DNA of 43,294 nt from a virus (IMGVR_UViG_2609460053_000008), one strand, 5' to 3'; counted from the first letter of the stretch, positions 1 through 9,888 are shown. The notes: generated by a model not told the origin, from the letters alone. Translations and numbers: made by a program.

Positions 1-342
1 ATGATGAAAAAAAGTATTCTGGCGTTTCTGTTACTCACCAGTTCTGCAGCGGCGCTGGCGGCACCGCAGGTGATTACCGTCAGCCGTTTTGAAGTGGGTA
101 AAGACAAATGGGCGTTTAATCGCGAAGAGGTGATGCTGACTTGCCGACCGGGTAATGCTTTGTATGTCATCAACCCAAGTACCCTCGTGCAGTATCCTTT
201 AAACGATATCGCACAAAAGGAAGTTACCAGTGGGAAGACTAAAGCCCAGCCCATTTCGGTGATTCAGATTGATGATCCTAACAATCGCGGCGAAAAAATG
301 AGTCTGGCACCGTTTATAGAACGAGCTGAAAAACTCTGTTAA
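1..342 (+). CDS. yebY: Host secreted protein YebY (DUF2511-like), 113 aa with N-terminal signal peptide
   Basis: Complete ORF; N-terminus [22 protein letters not shown] is a signal peptide; size and sequence match recalled E. coli YebY; lies next to the sRNA locus as in E. coli. Confidence 0.6.
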   Translation: MMKKSILAFLLLTSSAAALAAPQVITVSRFEVGKDKWAFNREEVMLTCRPGNALYVINPSTLVQYPLNDIAQKEVTSGKTKAQPISVIQIDDPNNRGEKMSLAPFIERAEKLC

Positions 343-500
343 TTACCTAAAATAACCTTTTGATTTCCAATAAAAAAACCGCCTCAGTTCTTTCACCAGA
401 ACGGGCGGTTTTTAACATTTAAGCTGATGACCACCGCGCTTTTTATTGACCATTTTGCACGCAAACTGGAAAACCTGGCGTCGTCATCTATTCTTAAAGG

Positions 501-603
501 GCAAGGCAACTAAGCCTGCATTAATGCCAACTTTTAGCGCACGGCTCTCTCCCAAGAGCCATTTCCCTGGACCGAATACAGGAATCGTATTCGGTCTTTT
601 TTT
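501..603 (+). ncRNA. sdsR: Small RNA SdsR/RyeB-like; its 3' end is the prophage attachment core
   Basis: Sequence GCAAGGCAACTAAGCCTGCATTAATGCC...ACAGGAATCGTATTCGGTCTTTTTTT matches recalled SdsR; terminal hairpin CCGAATAC/GTATTCGG plus T-run at 572-603. Confidence 0.6.
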
Positions 604-604
604 A
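578..604. repeat. attL core, left copy of imperfect 27-bp direct repeat ACAGGAATCGTATTCGGTCTTTTTTTA
   Basis: Direct repeat with 42202-42228 (2 mismatches); integrase gene lies immediately inside. Confidence 0.6.
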
Positions 605-640
605 ATTGTATTTAAAATCAATTAGTTGCAACCGTCTCCC

Positions 641-687
641 CGAAATTACTCGAAATTTACTCGAATTTCTGTATTCCGGTCTTTTTT
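641..687. repeat. Tandem CGAAATT(T)ACT repeats (candidate integrase arm sites) followed by a second partial core-like copy GTATTCCGGTCTTTTTT (671-687)
   Basis: Three adjacent 10-11 bp repeats at 641-670; 671-687 resembles core 3' half at 587-603; similar CGAAATTTTCT / CTCGAAAAAAAT motifs at 42059-42085. Confidence 0.4.
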
Positions 688-734
688 GGTTATATCACAA
701 CCAAAACACATTTAACAATCCATTTACGTTAAAA

Positions 735-1811
735 TCAGAGCAGTAAGTACGTTTTTTCTCTCTCATCAAGATACATTTTTGTTGTCTTCTCCGATGTGTG
801 GCCAAGTAGACGTTGAGCAAATTCTTCCCCACATGTTTCTTTGTACAATCGTCCAGCCAGGCTTCTGATCTCGTGAAAAGTTGGTGGGTTTTCACTGAAC
901 TGGATACCTGTTAATTTTCTGGCTGCGACAAATTTCTTTGTCAGGCCGTCCGGGTGAATGCTGCCGTCAGGGCTGTTTTTTCTAATCCCGGCACTGATTA
1001 GATAATCCCCCCTACTTACCATGCGGCACTGTTCAACTACTGCACCAAGTCGTAAACCAGCGACAGGAAGGCTGAGTGACAGGGGGATAGCAATCATCAT
1101 TCCTGTCTTAATTTGCCTGATGTGGAGACGATCATCATAAATCTCACTGAACCGCATATTTGTTATGTCTTCGCGACGTTGTCCTGTTACAAGGGCTAAG
1201 TCCATAGCTAATGGGAACCATGTCGGAAGTTGATCTGCTGCCTCCCTGATGCAGTTGTATGTCTTTAGTTTCAGCCGTTCTCTTGTAACTACTATTTTCG
1301 GTGCTCTTGTTGGCGTTACTGGATTTTGAGATATACGTCCTTCAACAATGGCCTCGCGGAACATATCAGATAACACAGAACGCATTGATCCTGCCATCGT
1401 GTTTTTCCCTCCTTCAATCCACAAATCAAGAAACTCGGCAATATGGCGAGTGGTTATTTCTGTCAGTAAAACCCCTCCTAATTTTTCTTTTATTGTCTCC
1501 AGTTGATTTACCCGAATTTTATAAGTATTTCTGGACACTTTTCTCCTTATAAGAATCGTTTTGTAACGTTCAATCCAGTCTGCCATAGTAAATGAGTCGA
1601 ACCCTTTTAGTTTTTCAATTAAGGCAGCAGGAGAGTAGTTTTTGTATATATAATGATTTGCTTCAATTGCCTGCGCTACTGCATCTCTTCTTGAAATTTT
1701 ACCTAGTGTAAATTCTTCTTTCGTCAGAGGGTTGCGCCAGTAATATGCTTTGTCCCTCCTTCGATATGTTAAGTTTTTAGGCAAATTGGGATCGTATTTT
1801 TTCCGCTGCAT
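735..1811 (-). CDS. int: Tyrosine site-specific integrase (lambda Int family)
   Basis: 358 aa; N-terminus resembles lambda Int arm-binding region ([21 protein letters not shown]); C-terminal catalytic region with HxLRH-type motif ([12 protein letters not shown]...[13 protein letters not shown]). Confidence 0.9.
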
Positions 1812-2064
1812 GTTTTAACTTCTCCAGTAACGGACTGTCTCTCCCTTGTCGCCCATTAGGCTGATGGTGTGTTATATCGGTATCAACCTTATTTGGGTTG
1901 ATATAGAAAGCTTCCGGAACCACCCTGTAACTCCTCCCGTGTAGTTCAGGTGCAGGATAAATGTTTCCATTCCTTGCCCATCGTCTCAGCGTTGATATTG
2001 ATGGTGGGTTATCCGGATATCTGAGTTTTCCCCACGTTTTGAGTGTCACAAGATTCATTGCCAT
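1777..2064 (-). CDS. xis: Excisionase (Xis-like)
   Basis: 95 aa ORF immediately upstream of and overlapping int; TLRRWARNGNIYPAPEL resembles lambda Xis DNA-binding region. Confidence 0.7.
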   Translation of the reverse strand: MAMNLVTLKTWGKLRYPDNPPSISTLRRWARNGNIYPAPELHGRSYRVVPEAFYINPNKVDTDITHHQPNGRQGRDSPLLEKLKHAAEKIRSQFA

Positions 2065-2164
2065 ACCTCTTACGATATGACCGCCAGTAAATATACAGAA
2101 TACTGGCGGGTGTGGTTGATTTTTAATAATCAGCTATGAAGTTCTAATTTGTATATAATGCAAC

Positions 2165-2353
2165 TCACGAGGACAGAAGTTTCTCGCAATTAAAATTTAT
2201 CAGCTTTACTTTCTGCTCTCTGGACACGCCTGCTTCTTTTTTCCCTGAGAGCATTTTTTCGCATTCTGATTTCGTTAATTTAGATTTTGAATATCTTGTC
2301 CAGTTAGTAGGAGTGCCACCTTCTTTTTCAATAGTGGCAGTTATTTTATACAT
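2165..2353 (-). CDS. Hypothetical small protein (62 aa)
   Basis: ATG preceded by GGAGG at 5 nt spacing; overlaps lar stop by 8 nt; start chosen inside the 86-aa ORF. Confidence 0.4.
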   Translation of the reverse strand: MYKITATIEKEGGTPTNWTRYSKSKLTKSECEKMLSGKKEAGVSREQKVKLINFNCEKLLSS

Positions 2354-2540
2354 GAACACCTCCATTATTATTTCCAGTAGTTCGTTTATTCCATCTTTCG
2401 AGTGCTTCTTTTTCACTTCCACCATAGCCAGTTCGGGATTCGCATCCGTTGCATTTTGCCCGGTAATATCCTGAAATGGCTTTCACCGTTACTGATGGAC
2501 AACCACAAAACGGACATGGTTTGACTTTTTCATACCGCAT
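2346..2540 (-). CDS. ralR: Restriction alleviation protein Lar/RalR-like, zinc-ribbon
   Basis: MRYEKVKPCPFCGCPSVTVKAISGYYRAKCNGCESRTGYGG matches recalled Rac RalR; Cys4 motif. Confidence 0.6.
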   Translation of the reverse strand: MRYEKVKPCPFCGCPSVTVKAISGYYRAKCNGCESRTGYGGSEKEALERWNKRTTGNNNGGVHV

Positions 2541-2603
2541 TGTCTTTTCTCTCATAAAATAAAGTTTTGTTATGGCGGTGAGGCTACACCGCCATAGTAA
2601 ATA

Positions 2604-3656
2604 TCAGGAGCCGATATATTCTGGTTTCATATCTGTCAGTGTCGTTTTATACGCCTCATATAATTCTCCCAGATGTGGTCGTGCAGCATTCAGCGTATTT
2701 TCCAGAGCAATAAATTTTTGTTCTGCTTCTGGATCACCTGATGAAGGCAGGTCATTTATCATCTTCTCAATACGGGCAATAGCATTGAGACGGTGATGAC
2801 GCTGAACCACTTTTCCTTTAAGTTCTGTGTAGAGAGCGCCAAGTGTATTTTTATGATCTTCCACTTCCTGGCGAAGTGCTGTTGTTTCTCCGGTGCTTTG
2901 TGCCTGCTCAATACGTTCACGGAAAGCACTGATCCAGTTTTCCCCGGCATCCTGCTCAATAATTGTTGTTTCACGTTCCGCACGGCAGGCGGATGTGTTT
3001 TTATGTTCCTGAACCGGATTAATGATTTTTTCCTGTGGTTCGTCCAGTTCGTCCCGGGTGTACACTCCAAGAATCACTTCAGGGCAATAAAGGCGCGCCC
3101 AGCGTTTCAGAGCCAGATAGGCAAGCTGCTGGCGAGGATCATCGGCCCATAACGTTGAGTTACGTGTTCTGGCCTGCGCCAGAAGTAACTCCAGTACGCG
3201 TGGCTTGCTCTCTCCGCGTAGTGTTGCCTGGACGCGAACACCGATCCCGTTTTCATCGGCCAGCTTCCAGCCAGGTACACGATATTCTTTCCCCTTGTCG
3301 TTCTTCCTGATTTCAAATTTCCCGATAATTTTTTCCCACGGCCCGAACCAGTCATATTCAATACGCCCGGTTAGCGGCCCACGAGTACTGATTACGGCAT
3401 TAACCAGTTGCGCTTCATATCCGAGCACACCATTCACAACGAAAGTTTTCTGAGCTACTGCGTAAGGGTTCATTTGCCACTGCATCGCCTGCATGGTGAT
3501 GGCCATGCAGTCTGATGGATTTCCCCGGAGGTGTTCCGGTACAGTAGCCATGCCGGAAGCCATTACCTGGGAAAATGTCTGAATTGCAGCCAGGGACTGA
3601 GGGCTGAAAACCGCAACATTAGAGTTAATATTTTCTTGTTGAGTTAATTCGTTCAT
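2604..3656 (-). CDS. Putative single-strand annealing recombinase (RecT-like position, downstream of recE)
   Basis: 350 aa; start sits 12 nt after recE stop in the same operon; family assigned by position only, sequence not confidently matched. Confidence 0.5.
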   Translation of the reverse strand: MNELTQQENINSNVAVFSPQSLAAIQTFSQVMASGMATVPEHLRGNPSDCMAITMQAMQWQMNPYAVAQKTFVVNGVLGYEAQLVNAVISTRGPLTGRIEYDWFGPWEKIIGKFEIRKNDKGKEYRVPGWKLADENGIGVRVQATLRGESKPRVLELLLAQARTRNSTLWADDPRQQLAYLALKRWARLYCPEVILGVYTRDELDEPQEKIINPVQEHKNTSACRAERETTIIEQDAGENWISAFRERIEQAQSTGETTALRQEVEDHKNTLGALYTELKGKVVQRHHRLNAIARIEKMINDLPSSGDPEAEQKFIALENTLNAARPHLGELYEAYKTTLTDMKPEYIGS

Positions 3657-3667
3657 TGTGTCCTTCC

Positions 3668-6600
3668 TCAGATGCTCAGTGCTTCAAGACGACGAAGATC
3701 AAAGTCGTTTAATTCGTCGGTATAACTTTCGGTAATCGGTGCTGGCCAGTTGTTTGTCTCCAGAGCTTCGTTTATCTGTCGTAGTGTCCGGCGATATTCC
3801 TGTCGACCAAGTTCCAGGAGTTCCTGCGAGGCTTCCACGACGGCCACCCAGTGATAGCCAGCATCTTTGTTGACGAAGATCCAGAAAAATTTGTCCAGGT
3901 TTGCCACATCGCAATACATTGCTGCGCTGAGGTGATAATCACGTTCAATAATTTCACGGTGCAGGCGATCTTTCAGTCGTTCCTGTCGCACATAACCGAG
4001 GCTGACTGACTTCACGTCGGCGCAAATGCTTTCGTATGGCAGCCGGATTTCGATATCAGGACGGACCCTGATTTCCAGCCCGGTTTCTTCATCAAACCCG
4101 AAATAGCTGATTTCAGATTTGCGATCCGGGTGGTTGAGTAGCCTTGCTGCATCGGTATTGTTTTGCAGTGCCGCGTGAATATTTTTTGCCTGTTCATACA
4201 TATCCGGACTGATAAACGTTTTCCCGGCGTTTTCTTCTTGCTGGCGTTTTTGCCAGTCCTCCAGCGTCACCAGTTCCGGGCGAATTTTCCGCGCGATTTC
4301 GGTTAATTGCTCTTTTGTGCCACTGATGTTGTAAGGCAAAGATTTAGCACGTTCTTTTTTTGCCAGTTCTGGGTCTACAGCTTCAATTTGATCCAGAAGC
4401 TGCTCCCGTGCTCCACTGGTTTTCAACAGAGGAGGGAGGCTTGCGTTGTATTCTTTAATACAGGCTTTCATTGCTGATGCTGTGTGTTTTTCCCCCTCAG
4501 GAATACGCCGAAATTCCACCGGAAGCGAACCGTAAAGGATGCCTGTTTCTTCGGCCCCAGCACTTATAGACAGTGGCTGTATAAGAGTGCTGTTGTAGCT
4601 TTCGATCCACTCTTTCATCTGCTCTGGTGTCATCAGTGCTGGCAGACTGGCATTGTGTTTTTTAATGATGGCGATCAGTTCGTTAGAAGTAGTAACCACA
4701 TATTCAGGAACCGGTACCGGAATGGCATATTCATCAGCGAATTTATCCGTTTCCAGAACATAGCTGTGAATGATCCGCCCACGCAGCAGTGCATCACTTT
4801 CCTCGTTCGGAATAGTTCCGGCAATGTGCCGCCCGTGGTAATACATCAGGCTGATACGGGCATCCTTCAGCATCGTGCTGCTTATTCCGTTGGCGGAGTG
4901 ATAAACCTCGTTCGGGAGGTTTTCATAGCGGCCAGGCTCGAAATATGATGGCCACATGATTTCAGTTACTACAGGTGCTGTCGCTTCACCAGTTTCATCA
5001 CCGCAATCGCGATGCAGATCGCTGCCAGCATTCTCATTGTGCGGATGTTCAGGGCCTTCCATTTCCTCCGGCTCTTTTTCCTGAGATTCATCCAGATTTT
5101 CTTCATTAAAGGTTTCCTGATACGTTGCGTCGCCCATCACCGCGCCACAGTCAGGACAGTTGCCGCCGCCAGTCTGACCGCAGGCGGTGCAAACTTTCTC
5201 CGTTTCCTGTTGTTGCACTACTGGCTCAGGCTGTTTCGTTTCTGGCTCGTTTTGTTGCGTATTTGGGTCGTTCTGTTCCGTTTCTGGCTGATTCTGGTAC
5301 ACAGAATCGCGGGTCTGGATCCCCTTAACCCATTTCGGATCATTCGGGTCGCTAATCCCTTCAACAAATTCTCCGCGAGAGGCAGCCAGTAATTTGTCTG
5401 CATCGACAGGATTTTTGGGCGGAATGTTTTTCCGGGCTTCATAGAGTTCTGCCCGCAGTTTCTGATATTTCGCATCAACAGAATTTACCTGTGACTGAGC
5501 ATCCAGCGGCTGCGTGTCCTGATGATGTTCAGTTGCATCCGGTTCCACTGTTTCAGCCGTTGCCTGTTCATCTGCCATTGCGCAAGATGGTTGCAGTTTT
5601 TCTTCATCATCCTGTTTTTCTTCTTCTGTTACACGCTGCGGCATCGGGGCAGAGGAACGACCGCAGGCAATATCCACGATTTCTGGATCAGGGTTGGCAT
5701 GATCAGTTTCAGTCAGTACTTTGTTAAGATATTCAGTGACGTGTGCGGGGATAACCTCGATCCCAATTGGTGCTTCTTTTACGGACGCAACCACGATGGC
5801 GCGGGAATAATCCAGCCCGCCAGGCATGGTGATGAATTTGTCGCGGAAAACAGAAAAGGGCGGTTTATTTTCAGCGATAATTTCCTCGACACGTTTAGCG
5901 TGTGCCGGATGAAGGTTATAAATGTCCACGTCCATTGAACGAGCCAGTACGCCAGTCGCTACGTCGCGCGCCAGTGACGTCAGATCGTGAACGAAACCTT
6001 CGCCGCGATCGGTGAGGTTCCCGCCGCCAGCATTAGCGCCGGAAGCCGTGCGCGTGATGCATGAAACACGATTTCCTTTCATCCACTCTTTTGTCAGCAG
6101 ACCGCGATCGGTGTAGTCTGCGTCCAGGTATGCTTCGAAAAAAGCAGTCATCAGCCCCAGGCTTGAATTGCCTGGATTAGGGAAAACTCTGTCAGTATCA
6201 CGCACCAGTTTGTGGAGATCGCGAATTTCCAGCGGGTCGAGCAGGCTGGTTTTGTGGGAAACAGCCAGGGCAGTAACAGCTGGTAGTTCTTCAGCTCGTG
6301 CAATGTGTAATGCCTGTAGTTCGTCGCGTGAAACGTGCGTTACCGGTTTTTCGCTGCCGTGTTGAGCAAGCCAGCGAATGGGCAGCTCCTGACCGGAAAT
6401 CGGGAGTAGCATATTCTCCTCAATCTCCGTCATGTCTTCGCCATTAACATTGGTATTGTCAGTGCTGGCTGGTTTGTCCTGCGCAGAGGATGAGGGCGTG
6501 ATAAATACCATTGTGATGCCATCTTCCCCGCCTTTTTCGTAACGGTTGCAGAATTCCGTATCAAATACGCCTTCTGGTGGAAGGTCATCAACAACGGGCA

Positions 6601-6796
6601 AATTGACGCGAACAGGTTTTTTAAAGTCATCTTCATCGTAGCCAGCATCGTCAATCGCAACAGCACCACGGGAGATGGCAATGGATAATTTTTTCGCTTC
6701 AGCCCAGTAGAAACCGCCTTTAATACCGAGACGTTTTCTTACTTTGTCATTTTTTGCTTCGTAATACAGTGGGTAAACTTGTTTATCGGTGCTCAT
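3668..6796 (-). CDS. recE: Exodeoxyribonuclease VIII (RecE), 1042 aa
   Basis: Long stretches match recalled Rac RecE ([43 protein letters not shown]...); acidic/Q-rich low-complexity linker. Confidence 0.85.
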   Translation of the reverse strand: MSTDKQVYPLYYEAKNDKVRKRLGIKGGFYWAEAKKLSIAISRGAVAIDDAGYDEDDFKKPVRVNLPVVDDLPPEGVFDTEFCNRYEKGGEDGITMVFITPSSSAQDKPASTDNTNVNGEDMTEIEENMLLPISGQELPIRWLAQHGSEKPVTHVSRDELQALHIARAEELPAVTALAVSHKTSLLDPLEIRDLHKLVRDTDRVFPNPGNSSLGLMTAFFEAYLDADYTDRGLLTKEWMKGNRVSCITRTASGANAGGGNLTDRGEGFVHDLTSLARDVATGVLARSMDVDIYNLHPAHAKRVEEIIAENKPPFSVFRDKFITMPGGLDYSRAIVVASVKEAPIGIEVIPAHVTEYLNKVLTETDHANPDPEIVDIACGRSSAPMPQRVTEEEKQDDEEKLQPSCAMADEQATAETVEPDATEHHQDTQPLDAQSQVNSVDAKYQKLRAELYEARKNIPPKNPVDADKLLAASRGEFVEGISDPNDPKWVKGIQTRDSVYQNQPETEQNDPNTQQNEPETKQPEPVVQQQETEKVCTACGQTGGGNCPDCGAVMGDATYQETFNEENLDESQEKEPEEMEGPEHPHNENAGSDLHRDCGDETGEATAPVVTEIMWPSYFEPGRYENLPNEVYHSANGISSTMLKDARISLMYYHGRHIAGTIPNEESDALLRGRIIHSYVLETDKFADEYAIPVPVPEYVVTTSNELIAIIKKHNASLPALMTPEQMKEWIESYNSTLIQPLSISAGAEETGILYGSLPVEFRRIPEGEKHTASAMKACIKEYNASLPPLLKTSGAREQLLDQIEAVDPELAKKERAKSLPYNISGTKEQLTEIARKIRPELVTLEDWQKRQQEENAGKTFISPDMYEQAKNIHAALQNNTDAARLLNHPDRKSEISYFGFDEETGLEIRVRPDIEIRLPYESICADVKSVSLGYVRQERLKDRLHREIIERDYHLSAAMYCDVANLDKFFWIFVNKDAGYHWVAVVEASQELLELGRQEYRRTLRQINEALETNNWPAPITESYTDELNDFDLRRLEALSI

Positions 6797-6895
6797 TGTT
6801 TTTTAACCTCAACTCAGATTAAAATTAATGCGAGTGATGAATAAATGTCCCAGGTTCTTCACTCAGGCCTGCACAGTGTGCAGGCTTTCTTTTTT

Positions 6896-7171
6896 TCAGA
6901 TTTCACCTTTTAATTTCATTGCAATCAGAGTTGCCAGAAATTCGGCTTTTTTTTCTGCGGGCAGATTCTTTCCTATGTGCACCAGACACATTTTTTTAAC
7001 ACCATCGTTAAGTGTTTTAACGTTGCCTGATGGACCGTCGATATCAACCACAGTGAATGGGGTTTCTTTATTTTCTGTCTTAATCACGTAGCCAATACGC
7101 TTTCCTTCCAGGGTAACTTCGTGAACAATGTCATCAGTAGTAACAACAGTGGCTTCATAACTGGTAATCAT
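6896..7171 (-). CDS. racC: RacC-like protein
   Basis: MITSYEATVVTTDDIVHEV...LATLIAMKLKGEI matches recalled RacC; start taken at internal Met. Confidence 0.7.
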   Translation of the reverse strand: MITSYEATVVTTDDIVHEVTLEGKRIGYVIKTENKETPFTVVDIDGPSGNVKTLNDGVKKMCLVHIGKNLPAEKKAEFLATLIAMKLKGEI

Positions 7172-7245
7172 GTTTTTCTCCTTAATTAAGGTTGAGCGAA
7201 TCCCTGCCATTGCTGGCATAAATTCAGTTTCGGATAGTCAGTTAA

Positions 7246-7416
7246 TTAAAGTTCGTGTGCCATCTGGTCTTTTTCGGCACAGATTTCACTACAATATTTT
7301 TTCATTTCCGTCGTTGGTATAACTCCACGCATGAAATGAAGTGGTCTTGTAATGATTTTGCTCTCTTCAATTTCTTTATTGCAAAGGTGATAAGCACATT
7401 TTATTTTCTTAGTCAT
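7246..7416 (-). CDS. ydaE: YdaE-like small zinc-binding protein (56 aa)
   Basis: Hand-translated (below the ORF-track cutoff): [56 protein letters not shown]; start overlaps kilR stop (TAATG). Confidence 0.55.
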   Translation of the reverse strand: MTKKIKCAYHLCNKEIEESKIITRPLHFMRGVIPTTEMKKYCSEICAEKDQMAHEL

Positions 7417-7637
7417 TACCATGACTCCGCCTTTACAGGTAAACCATCACGACCGAGGAAGACTCTAATCATGCAGTCAGAAATGCATGTTTTTGTAGTC
7501 AGGCTACGAATATAAAGTTTTCGCTTTTTAATATTGTTTGCCGAGGCGATATATGTCCGACCTTCATGAAGAACATAATCGCCAGGGGTCACACACTGAC
7601 GTGGTATTTCATCAGTTCCGAAGTGATGAGCAATCAT
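7416..7637 (-). CDS. kilR: KilR-like cell-division inhibitor
   Basis: [44 protein letters not shown] matches recalled Rac KilR. Confidence 0.7.
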   Translation of the reverse strand: MIAHHFGTDEIPRQCVTPGDYVLHEGRTYIASANNIKKRKLYIRSLTTKTCISDCMIRVFLGRDGLPVKAESW

Positions 7638-8032
7638 AATTATCTCCATTTTTACAAATGAATTTTGTCGATGCGGTGCCTGGTGCCTCCAGGTGACGTT
7701 AACCAGTTAACAATTAACGCCGGATAATCCACCCATAACACTGATGCTTTTAACTGTGCCGCGTGCGCTTAGCCGCATTCACCGCATCACAAAATTCACT
7801 TTAAAAAGGGGCGGCAGGGCAGCCACGGAGTAGAACTGATGCCGCCAAAGACTACACATAGCAATGTCGTTATTTACAACCGGAGGCGCACTCCCACCAT
7901 TTAAATTTAACAGACAAGACCGACTCTTTATGAATACCGGAAATGCGCCTTCGTGTTGTGCGCCTGTCTTTTTACCACTTCAGGCTCGGTGGTATACTGG
8001 AGTTCTCACACAACCAGTAATAAGGTATTCCG

Positions 8033-8227
8033 ATGGATAATAAAGACAAAGCCTGGCTACTTGCTTTAGCTTTCAGCATCAGATCGCAGCGAGAAACAAC
8101 TCATCAAGAATTTTTCTCGGAAATCGAGAATGCTGAGAATGAGTTTTTGTCACTACTCAATGAACGTGATGCTAAAAAAAGCGCCGATTCACTTAAGGCT
8201 TGGGCGAAACTAGGCTCTTCAAAATAA
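8033..8227 (+). CDS. Hypothetical protein (64 aa) in immunity region
   Basis: ORF with upstream GGTATTCCG then ATG; convergent with the 8193-8411 gene. Confidence 0.35.
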   Translation: MDNKDKAWLLALAFSIRSQRETTHQEFFSEIENAENEFLSLLNERDAKKSADSLKAWAKLGSSK

Positions 8228-8411
8228 TTGCTTCTGTAGCGGCATGAACAACTGTTTTTGCCGCCTCTTCAACTTCCTTGTCTGGACGACCAGCCTTTAC
8301 TTTTTCTGCAATGACATCCAGCACAGTTGGAAGAACCTTGCTAATAAGCATGGCTGCCACATCTTTGCTGCACAATTGACCGTTAATAACAACCAGATCT
8401 TCACCAACCAT
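8193..8411 (-). CDS. Hypothetical protein (72 aa), first gene of leftward transcript
   Basis: ATG preceded by AGGGGA at about 8 nt; AACAC-N5-GTGTT operator-like palindrome at 8604-8618 upstream. Confidence 0.45.
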   Translation of the reverse strand: MVGEDLVVINGQLCSKDVAAMLISKVLPTVLDVIAEKVKAGRPDKEVEEAAKTVVHAATEAIILKSLVSPKP

Positions 8412-8654
8412 CTTTTTTCCCCTTAACGCCGGGTGGCGGAACGTTTTATCTACTGCGCTTTGTATCAATCAACAACTGCCGTCATGTTCGTATGCCTCAG
8501 GCTGGCTACTTAGCCCTGTTCAGTGGCTGGATAACTCGAGGTATTGTCCTGCCGTTCTCTGGTGGGGCGTTGTTTGGATATGCTTATTAAACACAATGCG
8601 TTTTCTTATGTCAACACGAAATGTGTTTTATGGTGAGTGTCATATGATGATGGT

Positions 8655-8681
8655 ACAAAAAAGCCCGCTGATAGCGGGCTG
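8655..8681 (-). terminator. Rho-independent terminator downstream of the repressor gene
   Basis: Hairpin AGCCCGCT-GATA-AGCGGGCT followed on the minus strand by a T-run. Confidence 0.6.
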
Positions 8682-8710
8682 ATTGGCATATTACTGTGAT
8701 AGCAAGATCA

Positions 8711-9130
8711 TTACTCCGGTGGGGGATTATCTTTAAGCCTGCCTCTCAAATATTTTTCTACATACTCATCGATTTCTTTTAGCCGGACTTCAAATAGCTC
8801 AATCATTCGTTGTTGTTCTGAGCCCGGTAGCTGGTTAAACAACTCAAGAAGTTTTCGTTGGGATTCATTTAACCACAATTCAGAAGATTCCTGTTCTCCA
8901 AATAGGAGCTCAGGAGGAGATATGCCAAGTGCCTTTCCCAATACGACAGCGTCATGCACTCCAACATTTCTGCTGCCCGCCTCATAGTTACCTATACGCG
9001 ATTGCGTCCATCCGCAGATTTCAGCAAGTTTTCCTTGAGATAAACCAAGCTTCTGCCTGCGCTCTTTAAGACGCATTGCAATTTTGTCATTGAGCCTACT
9101 AGCGGCAATTTTTTCGTTTTCTTTTTCCAT
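8711..9130 (-). CDS. Prophage repressor, HTH XRE family, no S24 peptidase domain
   Basis: 139 aa; HTH LKERRQKLGLSQGKLAEICGWTQSRIGNYEAG; divergent from the Cro-like gene; no Ala-Gly / Ser...Lys autocleavage module. Confidence 0.8.
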   Translation of the reverse strand: MEKENEKIAASRLNDKIAMRLKERRQKLGLSQGKLAEICGWTQSRIGNYEAGSRNVGVHDAVVLGKALGISPPELLFGEQESSELWLNESQRKLLELFNQLPGSEQQRMIELFEVRLKEIDEYVEKYLRGRLKDNPPPE

Positions 9131-9141
9131 TGCATCCTTGT

Positions 9142-9202
9142 ATCACGAATCGTGATTTATATAAAACACAAAACAGCTTGACCATATAACACAAGGTGTG
9201 TT
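9142..9202. promoter_or_regulatory. Divergent promoter/operator region: palindromes ATCACGAATCGTGAT (9142-9156) and AACACAAGGTGTGTT (9188-9202); candidate -35 TTGACC at 9178-9183
   Basis: Perfect inverted repeats between divergently transcribed repressor and cro-like genes. Confidence 0.5.
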
Positions 9203-9226
9203 TAAAATTGTCATCGGAGGTTTTCA

Positions 9227-9469
9227 ATGAACAAAATTTCAACATATCGAAAACAGCTTGGGCTGTCTCAAAGACAACTTGCTGTTCAGTTAGGGTGGAT
9301 ACAAAGCCGACTGGCAAATTACGAAGCAAATTTTCGTACCCCTGGACTAGAGGAGTGCAGAAAAATTGTTTCTACCCTTAATCGGCTTGGCGCTCATTGT
9401 GGACTTGACGATGTATTCCCCCCAGACGGTAAGCATAGCGAAAACAGCATAGGAGCGGTTGATTCATGA
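9227..9469 (+). CDS. Cro-like HTH regulator (YdaS-like)
   Basis: 80 aa; HTH YRKQLGLSQRQLAVQLGWIQSRLANYE; GGAGG RBS; divergent from repressor. Confidence 0.7.
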   Translation: MNKISTYRKQLGLSQRQLAVQLGWIQSRLANYEANFRTPGLEECRKIVSTLNRLGAHCGLDDVFPPDGKHSENSIGAVDS

Positions 9470-9888
9470 AAATCAGGCATGAGCACATCGAATCAGTGTT
9501 GTTAGCCCTGGCAGCCGAAAAAGGGCAGGCGTGGGTCGCTAACGCAATTACTGAAGAATATCTGCGCCAGGGGGGCGGCGAATTGCCCCTTGTACCAGGC
9601 AAGGACTGGAACAATCAGCAGAATATCTATCACCGTTGGTTGAAAGGTGAAACGAAAGCGCAAAGGGAAAAAATTCAGAAACTGATCCCTGCGGTTCTGG
9701 CAATTCTTCCGCGCGAGCTGCGTCACCGACTCTGCATCTTCGATACCCTGGAACGCCGTGCATTACTGGCGGCGCAGGAAGCGTTGAGTACGGCAATTGA
9801 TGCGCATGATGATGCAGTCCAGGCCGTTTACCGGAAAGCACATTTCAGCGGTGGTGGGTCGCCCGGCGATTCTGTCGTAGTGCATTGA
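9466..9888 (+). CDS. YdaT-like regulatory protein
   Basis: 140 aa, translationally coupled to the cro-like gene; N-terminus MKIRHEHIESVLLALAAEKGQAWVANAITEEY resembles Rac YdaT. Confidence 0.55.
   Translation: MKIRHEHIESVLLALAAEKGQAWVANAITEEYLRQGGGELPLVPGKDWNNQQNIYHRWLKGETKAQREKIQKLIPAVLAILPRELRHRLCIFDTLERRALLAAQEALSTAIDAHDDAVQAVYRKAHFSGGGSPGDSVVVH

Noticed and set aside
695-895. 66-aa minus-strand ORF at the attL arm overlapping the int 3' end
   Set aside because: Overlaps integrase in another frame, no RBS, low-complexity product; likely spurious.
4484-5938. Several plus-strand ORFs (154, 126, 138 aa) inside recE
   Set aside because: Antisense shadow ORFs within a well-supported long gene; products are low-complexity with no start context.
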